DNA of 64,000 nt from an uncultured Ignavibacteriales bacterium (GCA_964571235.1 CAZNAI010000004.1:233836-297835), one strand, 5' to 3'. Shown: positions 9,948-19,657, counted from the stretch's first letter. The notes: generated by a model from the letters alone, not told the origin. Numbers and translations are program-made.

Positions 9948-10082
9948 CACCTGGCTTGAGCAACGTACAAATCGTCGGCGACGCTCACGAGTACTTGTTT
10001 TCGTAAGACGGTTTTGGTAATCACAATATTCGCCTTGACCTCTCCCGTTCCCAGTGAGGCGCTACCTTCTCCATGACAAGAA

Positions 10083-10110
10083 ACAGCCGCTCCGTTTTCG
10101 GAGCGGCTGT
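10083..10110. terminator. Hairpin between convergent genes
   Basis: ACAGCCGCTCCG-TTTT-CGGAGCGGCTGT, 12-bp perfect stem. Confidence 0.7.
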
Positions 10111-10136
10111 CGAGTGAAAACCAAGTGGCAGTCGCG

Positions 10137-12452
10137 CTACTTGACTAAGAGCATTTTGCGGGCTTTTGTAAAGGTCTCCGACTGCATTCTATAGAAGTAA
10201 ATCCCTGAAGCTACCTGTTGACCATACTGATCGGTCCCGCGCCAGGTGACTTCATGGTGCCCGGTCGTGTATTCCTCATCGGTGAGAACAGTGATCAACT
10301 GACCGAGAAGATTAAGGACTTCAATGCGGACTCGTGCCGGGTGTGGAATGTCGAAAGCAATCTGAGTCTCAGGGTTGAAGGGATTGGGGTAATTATTGTA
10401 CAGATCAAAAGCCAACGGAAGTTCGGCGTCGACGACTTTTTCAAGCGGGATATCCGGTTCGGGATCTGCGTCGTAGCAACCACCGGTGCCGTTATTGCAC
10501 TTGCCGCGCAGGCCGGCGTTGTTGATATGGGCAAACATCACGCTGCCCGCCTGATGGCGAATGTACGGCGACGATGCGTACGCAGTGGTCGTGACCGATT
10601 TGTTCATCGGGCAATTCTGCACGACTCCATGAGACATGCGACCGACAAAAATAAGGGAATTACCCTGTGGCGCTGAGAATCCTGTCGTCGAACGAATCCG
10701 GATCGATTGGGGATTGATCCGGGAGTAGGTAACGTTGGGCGCACCCGCGAAAGTGTTCAGGCAGAATCCGCCTCCGTCGCTGATTGTAATCGCAAACGAA
10801 TCAACCGAGCAGGTGGGACTCTTAATGAACAATGAATCCCAGATGATTGTCGAGTTGGAGTAACCGCCTGAGAGGAATAACTGACCGACGGCCACCTCAA
10901 CCGAGTCGGAGATGGTCACCAGGCGGGGCGGATTCCCGGTCATACGCGCCGAGATGCGCCGCGTGGTGTCAAGGACGTGCGTGGAATAGGTGAGGCCATC
11001 CGTATATAAGTCGAGGAAACGAAGTTTGACCCAGCGGCTGTCAACGAGTGGTACAAACAGAGTAGAATCGAACTCGGCCGTGAACGCGAACAGGTTCTTT
11101 GGAGTTGACCGCGCCGGCCACCAATTGGCAAAGGGGGCACTGTAGTACTGATAGATCGAAGCCTGGCGAGAGACTCCCGGGACCTGGGTAGAGCGAACCG
11201 CAAAGGCCATTGAGTCATCGACAACGGATGCCTGCAGATCGGGGAGTTTAAGCGAGCTCGCCCACATGTCGAAGTTCACTACTACCTGCGTGTCTCCGGT
11301 AAAGCCGGGGCCGTTGCCGGCAGGAAACGTGCTCTTCATCTTCACAACATATGGGATGTCCTGTTCAGGTTCGTTGAACAGCAATTGCGGAATGGTCACG
11401 ACGGCGTGCAGTGTATCTACATACTCACCGACAGCCACATGGCCAAACTGATTCTCGTAGGTAAGCGGATTCATGGAATTATCAAGCAACTCACATCCCC
11501 CGGCCTGATAGAAAAATGACTTGTTGGCGCCGTAATCAAAAGTGAGTTGCGTTTGATTGGCGGCTCCGTCCCAAGCGCCGAGCACTCGGAACCGAAGCAA
11601 ATAGAAAGGCGCTTCTGTGCCAACTTGATCGATTCTATTGAAATCGACTCCTGTTATCCTGATTTGGCCGCCAACGATTGCGTGGAACAAGTTGAGTGTA
11701 GGAAAACTCGGCGACTGAGTTGGAGTCAGGAACTCCAGTTTCGTATTGTCGTAGTTGAAATAGTGATAAAATGCGTAGGTTTTGAAATTCACATCTTGGG
11801 CATACACGGGTATCTGAACAATCGTGCCGAGGGCCCCTCCGCTCAAGGTGGTGTCATGAATGCGAAAAGTGCCGTGGTAGTCGGCGGATACGACCGCGCC
11901 ATCCTGATGACCCAATGGTACCGTGGGATAGTATTGCACGCCATCCACAATAGCATACGTGTTGAGCGAGGAGTGATCAACATGCAGACCGTTTGTGGAG
12001 TTTTCCGGCTGACACTTCAAGGAAAAGTCGATAGATGCGAAAGCGGTCGGCGACGTGGGGACAGCCATACAGTTGTTGCAGGCGAACGAAAGAACGACCG
12101 TCCCGGTGGAGCCCACAATCGAGTGAGAGAAGGTCGCGTCTCGTTCTGCCGGCCAATTGGTGAGGTTGCGATTGGCGCCGATGTACCGGAGCGAGTCGGC
12201 GTTGTAAGTAAACGTGATGCGGAACGATTGAAGATTGCCTGAAGGAGCGGGGGATTCACTCCAGAAATTGAAGGTGACCGTTGCAACCGTGTCGTTGGCG
12301 TCCCGGGTATACGGCAGATAGGTGGTCGCTGAGTTAAGCTGAAATCTGAGGTTGTCCCAAGTAGAGGCCATGGGGTCAGCAAGAACACTGACCGAGGCCA
12401 CAGCAATGAGCATGACTACGATCGTGATGAGGAGAAAAAGGCGGTGAAACAT
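10137..12452 (-). CDS. Secreted protein with cohesin-like domains and a T9SS-type/FlgD-Ig C-terminal domain
   Basis: Signal peptide; IVQIPVY..FNYDNTKLEF..LLRFRV and FRITFTYNADSL patterns; C-term YNNYPNPFNPET..ASGIYFYRM..RKMLLVK; RBS GGAGG. Confidence 0.75.
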   Translation of the reverse strand: MFHRLFLLITIVVMLIAVASVSVLADPMASTWDNLRFQLNSATTYLPYTRDANDTVATVTFNFWSESPAPSGNLQSFRITFTYNADSLRYIGANRNLTNWPAERDATFSHSIVGSTGTVVLSFACNNCMAVPTSPTAFASIDFSLKCQPENSTNGLHVDHSSLNTYAIVDGVQYYPTVPLGHQDGAVVSADYHGTFRIHDTTLSGGALGTIVQIPVYAQDVNFKTYAFYHYFNYDNTKLEFLTPTQSPSFPTLNLFHAIVGGQIRITGVDFNRIDQVGTEAPFYLLRFRVLGAWDGAANQTQLTFDYGANKSFFYQAGGCELLDNSMNPLTYENQFGHVAVGEYVDTLHAVVTIPQLLFNEPEQDIPYVVKMKSTFPAGNGPGFTGDTQVVVNFDMWASSLKLPDLQASVVDDSMAFAVRSTQVPGVSRQASIYQYYSAPFANWWPARSTPKNLFAFTAEFDSTLFVPLVDSRWVKLRFLDLYTDGLTYSTHVLDTTRRISARMTGNPPRLVTISDSVEVAVGQLFLSGGYSNSTIIWDSLFIKSPTCSVDSFAITISDGGGFCLNTFAGAPNVTYSRINPQSIRIRSTTGFSAPQGNSLIFVGRMSHGVVQNCPMNKSVTTTAYASSPYIRHQAGSVMFAHINNAGLRGKCNNGTGGCYDADPEPDIPLEKVVDAELPLAFDLYNNYPNPFNPETQIAFDIPHPARVRIEVLNLLGQLITVLTDEEYTTGHHEVTWRGTDQYGQQVASGIYFYRMQSETFTKARKMLLVK

Positions 12453-12815
12453 AACAAACCTCCATGTGTTGTCGATTTTTTCACAGTTGTCTCATAGATG
12501 AAAAGGCAAACGGAGGAGATCGATCAGAGGGTCGATCGTTGTCGCCACAAGTTGACGTTCGGACCACGCTAGCCACGTGACATGACCTTCATTGAAAGCT
12601 ATTTGATCTTATTGTTGCCAATCAAAGATCGACTGGTAGTCGGTCTGGGCGCAAGCTCTTTCTCATATATAAGGTGGGTTTTCTCTTACCTGAATCCTCA
12701 CAATGTTTGATTTCTATTGTGGCACTCAAGAATTGAAGCCGAGAAACCGAAGTCCCCGTTGATCTTGTGGCCGCACCGAGCGAATCAAAATGTGACACCA
12801 ATCCAACCCAAACGA

Positions 12816-12824
12816 TGTTATAAT
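12816..12824 (+). promoter_or_regulatory. Extended -10 promoter for nrdJ
   Basis: TGtTATAAT about 47 nt upstream of ATG 12871. Confidence 0.6.
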
Positions 12825-12870
12825 AGATACAGGCGGTTGTGTCGACAATGGAATGAGAGGCCATCCACGT

Positions 12871-15162
12871 ATGTCACGGACGAACAAAGAAACAAAGCTC
12901 TCCGCCAATGCGCTGACAGTGCTCGCGCGGCGGTACCTGCTCAAAGACGTCGAGGGGCGGGTGATTGAGACTCCCCACGACTTGTTTGTGCGGGTAGCGC
13001 AGTTTATCGCCGAAGCCGACCGTGGGTATGGCGCAACCGACGCCGATATCCAGAAGACCACCGGCCAATTCTATGACATGATGGCCGCTCTGGATTTTCT
13101 CCCCAATTCACCAACCCTCATGAACTCCGGACGAGAGCTGGGACAGCTCTCCGCCTGCTTTGTCCTTCCGGTCGGCGACTCGATGGAAGAGATTTTCGAA
13201 ACCAACAAGAACGCGGCGCTGATTCATAAATCGGGAGGGGGCACCGGGTTTTCGTTTTCGCGCCTTCGCCCCAAAAACTCGATAGTCGCCTCGACTCACG
13301 GTGTCGCCAGTGGGCCGGTTTCGTTTATGAAAGTCTTCAATGCTTCGACCGAGGCGGTCAAACAAGGGGGAACGAGGCGTGGCGCAAATATGGGAATCCT
13401 GCGGGTAGATCACCCCGATATTCTCGAGTTCATTTCGTGCAAAGACGACACGGCCGAATTCACCAATTTCAATATTTCCGTGGCGATCACCGACCAGTTC
13501 ATGACTGCGGTGAAAGAGGGGACCGACTATCCGCTCATCAATCCGAAAACCGGACAAGTGCACACGGTCGACGGCAAGCAGTTGTCGCTCGATGCCCGCC
13601 AAGTGTTTGACAAGATCATCGACCACGCTTGGAAAACCGGCGAGCCGGGGATCATCTTCATTGATCGGATGAACCGATTAAATCCAACCTCACCGAGCGA
13701 GACAATCGAAGCAACCAATCCCTGTGGCGAACAACCATTGCCGCCCTATGATTCGTGCAATTTGGGTTCGATCAATTTGAGTCACGTCGTGAGAGAGTCA
13801 CTACCGAAGGATTATTCTATCCATCAAGCAGGCGATGGGGTCGATTGGCAGAAGTTTGGGAAACTGGTGCACACCGCAGTGCATTTTCTTGACAATGTCA
13901 TCGACCAAAACAAATACCCGCTGGCCGAGATCGCGGTGCAGTCAAAGAAGAATCGCCGTGTCGGTCTGGGGGTGATGGGTTGGGCCGACATGCTGGTAAA
14001 GCTTCACTTGCCGTATAACTGCGAACAAGCGCTGGCGCTGGGCGAGCAAGTCATGGCCTTTGTCGAGTCCGAGGCGCGCAATGCCTCGTCGGAACTTGCC
14101 AAAACCCGAGGACGGTTCCCCAACTGGAACGGCTCGATTTACAAGTCGCAGGAAGTCTCGCTCCGCAATGCCACGGTGACCACGATAGCGCCGACCGGAA
14201 CAATCTCGATTATCGCCGGATGTTCTTCCGGAATCGAGCCGTTCTACTCGCTGGGTTTCGAACGAAATGTCCTCGACGGCGCACGGCTCGTCGAAATCAA
14301 CCCTCTCTTTGAAAGTACAGCGCACGAACAAAAATTCCACTCCGATACTCTCATGCGCAAAGTGGCGTCGCTAAGATCGATTTCAGAAATGACCGAGATC
14401 CCCGAATCAGTTCGCTCACTATTTGTGACGGCCGCCGATGTCTCACCCGAAGACCACATCAAAATGCAGGCGGTATTCCAAACGCACTGCGATTCATCGG
14501 TCTCAAAAACGATCAATTTCCCGGAATCGGCCAGCCGCGACGATGTCCGGTCAGCGTTTAAACTGGCCTATGAGCTGGGATGCAAAGGGGCAACTATCTA
14601 CCGCGACAATTCTCGTCCCAATCAGGTCCTGTCGAGCATTAAGCCCTCTATTGAAAAGGCGCAATCGCCCTTGTCGGCAAGTCCGGTGGAGAAGCGGCCT
14701 GCAGTTCTCTCTGGTTTCACCGAAAAAATCACCACCGGATACGGGAATCTGTATGTCACGGTCAATGTCAAAGACGGCCGGCCCTTTGAAGTCTTCGCGA
14801 CTATCGGCAAATCTGGATATACAACCATGGCCGACTCCGAGGCGATCTGCCGGTTGATTTCGCTCTCGCTCCGGGCAAGTGTACCGGTGGCCGAGATAGT
14901 CCGCCAGCTACGCGGGATCGGCGGTTCAAGCCAGGTCTATTCCGACGGATCGAGGATATTTTCGATTCCCGACGCCATAGCTCAGGTTCTGGGGCGACAT
15001 TTCTGTCCTGCCGAGATCGCTTCCGAAGCAGGGACTTCAAAGGCGGGCGCTGTGAATAGACCGCCTCTTGCGGGGATTGAGATCTGTCCTGAGTGCGCCG
15101 AACCGATGACTTTCGACGCCGGGTGCTATCACTGTGCCTCCTGCGGCTATTCCAATTGCTAA
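12871..15162 (+). CDS. nrdJ: Class II (adenosylcobalamin-dependent) ribonucleotide reductase with C-terminal TSCPD-like/Zn-ribbon region
   Basis: PNSPTLMN, QLSACFV, GGGTG, TNPCGEQPL, TIAPTGTIS, C-term CPEC..CASCGYSNC; no obvious N-terminal ATP cone. Confidence 0.95.
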   Translation: MSRTNKETKLSANALTVLARRYLLKDVEGRVIETPHDLFVRVAQFIAEADRGYGATDADIQKTTGQFYDMMAALDFLPNSPTLMNSGRELGQLSACFVLPVGDSMEEIFETNKNAALIHKSGGGTGFSFSRLRPKNSIVASTHGVASGPVSFMKVFNASTEAVKQGGTRRGANMGILRVDHPDILEFISCKDDTAEFTNFNISVAITDQFMTAVKEGTDYPLINPKTGQVHTVDGKQLSLDARQVFDKIIDHAWKTGEPGIIFIDRMNRLNPTSPSETIEATNPCGEQPLPPYDSCNLGSINLSHVVRESLPKDYSIHQAGDGVDWQKFGKLVHTAVHFLDNVIDQNKYPLAEIAVQSKKNRRVGLGVMGWADMLVKLHLPYNCEQALALGEQVMAFVESEARNASSELAKTRGRFPNWNGSIYKSQEVSLRNATVTTIAPTGTISIIAGCSSGIEPFYSLGFERNVLDGARLVEINPLFESTAHEQKFHSDTLMRKVASLRSISEMTEIPESVRSLFVTAADVSPEDHIKMQAVFQTHCDSSVSKTINFPESASRDDVRSAFKLAYELGCKGATIYRDNSRPNQVLSSIKPSIEKAQSPLSASPVEKRPAVLSGFTEKITTGYGNLYVTVNVKDGRPFEVFATIGKSGYTTMADSEAICRLISLSLRASVPVAEIVRQLRGIGGSSQVYSDGSRIFSIPDAIAQVLGRHFCPAEIASEAGTSKAGAVNRPPLAGIEICPECAEPMTFDAGCYHCASCGYSNC

Positions 15163-15211
15163 TTCTGCCGATAAGTGGTAGAGTAGCGGCCAACCGTCTA
15201 CACCTATACCT

Positions 15212-15856
15212 ATGGCAGTAAGCAGTTTCATACCGGCGGGAAGAACCTCGCTCGTTCGCAAAGGAAATCTGGCCTTACAGGTTCAGACCGAGTACGCGGT
15301 GCGCCCAAATCCGCGTATCACTACCACTATCCTAAAAGACGGCCAGGTCTTGCATAAGATCGAGCGGGTGTTGGATCGCGAGATCGAGTCATTCGAGGAA
15401 CAGCGCTCAATCGAATTCGGCATGAAACGCCAGCATATCGAAGTAGTCGATATCCTGCAGTCAGCCTCGCCCGAAGCGGCTCTGAACCTCACCAGTAATT
15501 TCACTCCCGACGGCAAAAATGATAAGCCACAGTCGGTTGAAGAGCGGTTGAACAACATTCCGGGAGTCCGCAAGATCTACCATTTGGATTACGACGGAAA
15601 TTTCAAGGGTGCCGATACCACAGATCAGTTCAAAAAGCAGTTCAGCTTTGTCTTCAAAAACCTGCGGGAAGTCCTGAGCATCTTTGCCGAACTACCCGGC
15701 AGTGACAGGCATGAACAGGGAGTCTACGAAGTCGAGCAGGACCGTCTGTACTTCGTCTCGCTCGGCACAGAGTGCTACTTTGTACTGGTATCGCCTGTTC
15801 ATTCGGTATCGGATTACGAGGCGGCGATTCGGGAAGTAATCAAGTCCGAGCGATAG
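15212..15856 (+). CDS. Hypothetical protein
   Basis: 214-aa ORF 49 nt after nrdJ, followed by a terminator; no recognised catalytic motif. Confidence 0.75.
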   Translation: MAVSSFIPAGRTSLVRKGNLALQVQTEYAVRPNPRITTTILKDGQVLHKIERVLDREIESFEEQRSIEFGMKRQHIEVVDILQSASPEAALNLTSNFTPDGKNDKPQSVEERLNNIPGVRKIYHLDYDGNFKGADTTDQFKKQFSFVFKNLREVLSIFAELPGSDRHEQGVYEVEQDRLYFVSLGTECYFVLVSPVHSVSDYEAAIREVIKSER

Positions 15857-15877
15857 CCAATTGTTACGATTCTTATG

Positions 15878-15904
15878 CAAAAACCCGCCTTGCGGCGGGT
15901 TTTG
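15878..15904. terminator. Bidirectional intrinsic terminator (hypothetical ORF and 6S RNA)
   Basis: AAAAACCCGCC-TTGC-GGCGGGTTTT. Confidence 0.85.
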
Positions 15905-15909
15905 TCGTT

Positions 15910-16093
15910 TTGGAGAGAGAACATGCAATTTGAAAAAACTCCACTTTACCAACGGTAAAGGGTTTTCACAGCCACTTGCGGCATTTTGCGTTCGCTATCG
16001 GCCAGGGGCCGGGTCACGGCGGTTGCTCAGCTCGAAGAGGCGACCTTCATAAGATAGGTGTAAGAGATTTTCAAATGGCTCGTCTCTCTCCGT
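15910..16093 (-). ncRNA. ssrS: Probable 6S RNA
   Basis: About 184-nt rod: GGAGAGAGA/TCTCTCTCC and ATTTGAAAA/TTTTCAAAT terminal helices; central bubble with 3'-side hairpin CTTTACC/GGTAAAG; own promoter and terminator on the minus strand. Confidence 0.72.
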
Positions 16094-16108
16094 TTTCCTA
16101 TCTGCCCA

Positions 16109-16138
16109 AGTATAGCGGTGTTGTTGCAATTTGAGCAA
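16109..16138 (-). promoter_or_regulatory. sigma70-type promoter for 6S RNA
   Basis: TTGCTC-N18-TATACT about 16 nt before the terminal stem. Confidence 0.55.
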
Positions 16139-16155
16139 TCTGTTTTTTTCGCTCG

Positions 16156-16184
16156 TTGCGGCAACGGCCCTCAGATGGTATCTT
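16156..16184 (+). promoter_or_regulatory. sigma70-type promoter for acpS-pyrE
   Basis: TTGCGG-N17-TATCTT with extended TG; 9 nt before ATG. Confidence 0.5.
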
Positions 16185-16193
16185 TGATCTATT

Positions 16194-16568
16194 ATGGTTA
16201 CGGCTGTCGGAATAGACATTGTCGAGATCGCTCGTATAGATCGGCTCTTGAAAATCTACGGCGCCCGGTTCGAGCGCAAAGTGCTCGGTGACCGTGAGCG
16301 CAAACTGCTCTTGTCGCGTCGCGATCAGGCGCAGTTTGTGGCGGGGCGATTCGCCTGCAAAGAAGCGATCATCAAGGCGTTGGGTCGCTATCTACCCCAA
16401 AGGCCGGCCTATCATCAAATCGAGATCATCGGAGACGAGCATCGCGGGCCGGTGGCCAATTTCCCGGCCGAGATTGCCGGAGCATTGGGCCGGGCGCGGA
16501 CGCTTGTCTCCATCAGTCATGAAAAAACACACGCTGTCGCGATGGCGGTGGTGTCGGAGGAGTTATGA
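16194..16568 (+). CDS. acpS: Holo-[acyl-carrier-protein] synthase
   Basis: VGIDIVEIARI, AGRFACKEAIIKALG, VSISHEK. Confidence 0.95.
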   Translation: MVTAVGIDIVEIARIDRLLKIYGARFERKVLGDRERKLLLSRRDQAQFVAGRFACKEAIIKALGRYLPQRPAYHQIEIIGDEHRGPVANFPAEIAGALGRARTLVSISHEKTHAVAMAVVSEEL

Positions 16569-17152
16569 ACGAGCAGGATGTACTCAAATTATTCACCGAA
16601 TCCGGTGCGCTTTTGCATGGGCATTTCAAGCTGACGTCCGGGCGGCATTCCGATGTTTACTACGAGAAGTTCACGCTACTGAAAAACCCGGCCTTGTGTA
16701 CGCAGATCTGCAAAGCGATGGCCGACCGATTTGCCGCGGCCAAACCAACTGCGGTGATTGGCCCGACCACTGGTGGAATCATCATCGCCTACGATGTCGC
16801 CCGCTATCTCGGGATAGAATCGCTCTATGCCGAAGCCGGCGATTCGGGCGGGCGAGTGTTCAAGCGCGGTTTCTCGCTTGAACCGGGTCAGCGAGTCGTG
16901 ATTGTAGACGATGTCCTCACTACCGGGACATCAGTGCACGAAGTCATCGAGCTGGTCAAATCGTATCAGGCAGACATTGTGGGTGTCGGTGTTTTTCTGG
17001 ACAGGTCAGGGAAGAACCACCCTGGGTTTGATTATCCGTTCTTTCCGCTGACCAAAGTCAGCGCCGAAAGCTGGGAGCCGGAAAAGTGCCCGATGTGCCA
17101 AAAGGGAATGGAACTGACTCAGCGCGGCAGTCGGAAATTCCAGAAAGTGTAG
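16565..17152 (+). CDS. pyrE: Orotate phosphoribosyltransferase
   Basis: GHFKLTSGRHS, VVIVDDVLTTGTS PRPP motif, C-terminal CPMC. Confidence 0.95.
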   Translation: MNEQDVLKLFTESGALLHGHFKLTSGRHSDVYYEKFTLLKNPALCTQICKAMADRFAAAKPTAVIGPTTGGIIIAYDVARYLGIESLYAEAGDSGGRVFKRGFSLEPGQRVVIVDDVLTTGTSVHEVIELVKSYQADIVGVGVFLDRSGKNHPGFDYPFFPLTKVSAESWEPEKCPMCQKGMELTQRGSRKFQKV

Positions 17153-17176
17153 ACGGAGTTCAAAGAGACGATCAGT

Positions 17177-18904
17177 TCAGCGGGCGGTTGCTAATTGCTT
17201 TGCTGATCGGTGCGGGTCGGTCTTCTCAGGATCAGTATCGTCTTCGGCCGAGCAGATCGGGAAGGTAATCGCAATCGTCGCCCCCTTGCCGGGTTGTGAC
17301 TGCAGATCGAGAACACCGTTGTGGTTTTCGATAATTCGTTTGCATACCACCAACCCGAATCCGTGACCGGTTGGTTTGGTGGTAAATCGTTCCTGAAATG
17401 CCTTGGCTACCACTTCTGGTTCAAATCCTGAGCCGGTATCAGAAATAGAAAAGACAAAGTGCTCTTGATCTTCGGCTACTCTCAAGCTGACCGTTATCCG
17501 TCGGGTCGCCGAGTTGATCATCGCGTCGGCGGAGTTGTTAAATAGATTGTACAGCAATTGCTGAATCTGAATCGAGTCGGCGTCGACGGGTAGATCGGGG
17601 AAATCCGCGGGGGCAACAATATCGATTCCGCGAAACCGTTTTTGTGGGCGCACATATGTCAGAACTTCGGACAAGAGCGCCCCGAAAGAGGTCCGGACCT
17701 TCTTTGACGACATTGGCGTTAGGTCCATCAGGTTGCGCGTGAAGACGGTCATCTTCTCAACGGTCCCATTGATGGCGGTGACATACCGTTCAATCTGATC
17801 GAACTTCTGTTTCTTCACGTTCACTTGAAGGAGCGACAGGTTTCCCGCCACCACAGCGAGGAAATTGTTCATCTCGTGGCCGATCTCGGCGGACATGACG
17901 CCTCGAGTCGCCATTTTTTCAAGTTCAATCGTCTGTTCCTGTAGTCCCTTGAGAGTCGAATAGGCGCGCTGGGAATCGCGGAGCAGAGCAAGATTTTCAA
18001 GGGAGATGGCAAGTTGTGAGGCCGCGATGTCAAGGTACTTGTGGTTCGCTGAGCGAATCTGATCGGCGTTGGATTTGTATCCGAGGACAGCCCAGCCATA
18101 CCAACGATCAGGCCTGGCGACCGGAACAAAGATCACCGGCTGATCGCCGTTACGCCATTCTGGCGCGAGAGATTTGAGCAGACCGGCCGACTCAAGTGCC
18201 CGGCCGACTGGGTGCGCAAGACAATCTTCGATGATGACTGTTTCACCCCACGTCTCAGCGGACAAATCTCTCAAGGCCGACTGGACCGTCTCAAGCGGAA
18301 TACGTGATTCGAAGGTCTTTTGGCTGTCTATTGAAACTCTGAATAGTTCACCATGTTCGCGGTCGGTAATGAGCGCCTGCCCCTGGTCAGCCTGCTGTTG
18401 CATCATCATAAAGCGAAGGGTGGAGCTGACCAGTGAATTGACATCGCCGGCCGAAAACAACATCGAACTCATTTTCGACAAGCTTGTCAAATGAGACTCT
18501 GAATTTCGCGAGGAGTCCTCGCTCCGGCGCTTAAGCGCTTTGCGCACTGCCGAACGGATCTCTTCCAGATCGAACGGCTTCATAATGTAGTCATAGGCGC
18601 CTTGTTGGATAGCGTCTTTGGCCGAATTCAAATCGGCGTAGCCGGTGACAAAAATAACCGCCAAATCGGGGTTGAATTCCCGCGCAACCCGGGCAAGTTC
18701 AATGCCGTTCATTCCGGGCATCCGAATATCAGAGATCAGAAGATCAGCCCGTTGTTGTCGTAGCGCGGACAGCGCGGATTGACCATCCGAAGCGGTACGA
18801 ACCCGAAATTGCTCGTCCTCCAGAGTGTCCCGGATAAGAGAGACTACGATGGACTCGTCGTCCACCACCAAAATGTTGGGCGCAGTATCAGGGAGTGATG
18901 CCAT
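17177..18904 (-). CDS. Hybrid REC-GAF-histidine kinase
   Basis: ILVVDDE, LISDIRMP, KPF; GHEMNN H-box; LLYNLFNNS, DTGSG, GHGFGL. Confidence 0.9.
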   Translation of the reverse strand: MASLPDTAPNILVVDDESIVVSLIRDTLEDEQFRVRTASDGQSALSALRQQRADLLISDIRMPGMNGIELARVAREFNPDLAVIFVTGYADLNSAKDAIQQGAYDYIMKPFDLEEIRSAVRKALKRRSEDSSRNSESHLTSLSKMSSMLFSAGDVNSLVSSTLRFMMMQQQADQGQALITDREHGELFRVSIDSQKTFESRIPLETVQSALRDLSAETWGETVIIEDCLAHPVGRALESAGLLKSLAPEWRNGDQPVIFVPVARPDRWYGWAVLGYKSNADQIRSANHKYLDIAASQLAISLENLALLRDSQRAYSTLKGLQEQTIELEKMATRGVMSAEIGHEMNNFLAVVAGNLSLLQVNVKKQKFDQIERYVTAINGTVEKMTVFTRNLMDLTPMSSKKVRTSFGALLSEVLTYVRPQKRFRGIDIVAPADFPDLPVDADSIQIQQLLYNLFNNSADAMINSATRRITVSLRVAEDQEHFVFSISDTGSGFEPEVVAKAFQERFTTKPTGHGFGLVVCKRIIENHNGVLDLQSQPGKGATIAITFPICSAEDDTDPEKTDPHRSAKQLATAR

Positions 18905-19268
18905 TGGCAACCGTCCGGGGAATCAGTGTCGCGAGCACTTTTCGAATTTGCTGTAAGTCAAACGGTTTGCGCAGGACGAGGAATCGGTTGTCAGCGGCGA
19001 GTTGCTCGGTGAATGAGTCCGGCATAGAATCGGTAAATACGAAATTCATCTGGGGTCGTCGCGGGCCGACCAGTTCATAGACCTGATATCCATTTCGGCG
19101 TGGCATGTGCAGATCACAAAATGCAATCAAGTAGTCGCCGGCAAGGGCTTTGGTGATCCCCTCCTCGCCGTCAATTGCGACATCAACCTCGTGCCCCTCG
19201 CTTTCGAGGAACTCTCGCAGGAGATTCCGCATGACGTGGCTGTCGTCGATCACCAGAATTCGTGCCAT
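18888..19268 (-). CDS. Single-domain response regulator
   Basis: ILVIDDS, FCDLHMP, RKPF. Confidence 0.9.
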   Translation of the reverse strand: MARILVIDDSHVMRNLLREFLESEGHEVDVAIDGEEGITKALAGDYLIAFCDLHMPRRNGYQVYELVGPRRPQMNFVFTDSMPDSFTEQLAADNRFLVLRKPFDLQQIRKVLATLIPRTVANGITP

Positions 19269-19274
19269 ACCCGC

Positions 19275-19640
19275 TCACCCCGCCAGCGCGGTCGTTACCG
19301 ATTGCATCAGTTCTTTGATGCTGAATGGTTTGGACAAAAAGGCGCAGGCGCCATTGCGCACTGATTGACTCACCGTATACAAGCTGGAGTATCCGGAAAT
19401 GACGATAACCTTTGCGTCGGCATCGGCGGCCCGGGCGGCTTTGACCACTTCTTCGCCAGGCACACGCGGCATCCGCAGGTCGGTAATAACAAGGTCGTAC
19501 TTCTTCTGGGAAATATGTGTAATAGCCTCGTCGCCATCGGAGGCCAATGTAAGGTCGTAGTCTTCCAAAACCTCGCTCAAGAAATCGCGGATTATTTCCT
19601 CATCATCGACGATTAGTATGGACTTCACTGGAGTAGACAT
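19275..19640 (-). CDS. Single-domain response regulator
   Basis: ILIVDDE, ITDLRMP, SKPF. Confidence 0.92.
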   Translation of the reverse strand: MSTPVKSILIVDDEEIIRDFLSEVLEDYDLTLASDGDEAITHISQKKYDLVITDLRMPRVPGEEVVKAARAADADAKVIVISGYSSLYTVSQSVRNGACAFLSKPFSIKELMQSVTTALAG

Positions 19641-19657
19641 TTAGGTTCCGGTCGTCT

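Noticed and set aside
11547-12242. Long opposite-strand or alternate-frame ORFs (e.g. 11547-12242, 16288-16881, 29147-29899, 35207-35881, 44938-45669)
   Set aside because: They fully overlap well-supported genes, lack RBS and motifs, and are expected shadows of GC-rich codon usage.
12500-12560. c-di-GMP-I riboswitch (AAAGGCAAAC)
   Set aside because: The GNRA/receptor and second stem motifs are missing, and it is on the wrong strand for the adjacent gene.
12698-12772. NrdR boxes upstream of nrdJ (..CTATTGTGG, ..ATCTTGTGG)
   Set aside because: Only right half-sites match and they are 48 nt apart; insufficient without a PWM scan.
12871-15162. Intein or intron in nrdJ
   Set aside because: Length and motifs are continuous, with no splice-junction or homing endonuclease signature.
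15923-15958. 11-codon ORF MQFEKTPLYQR after GGAGAG
   Set aside because: It lies within the antisense of the 6S RNA stem; the apparent RBS is explained by the helix sequence.
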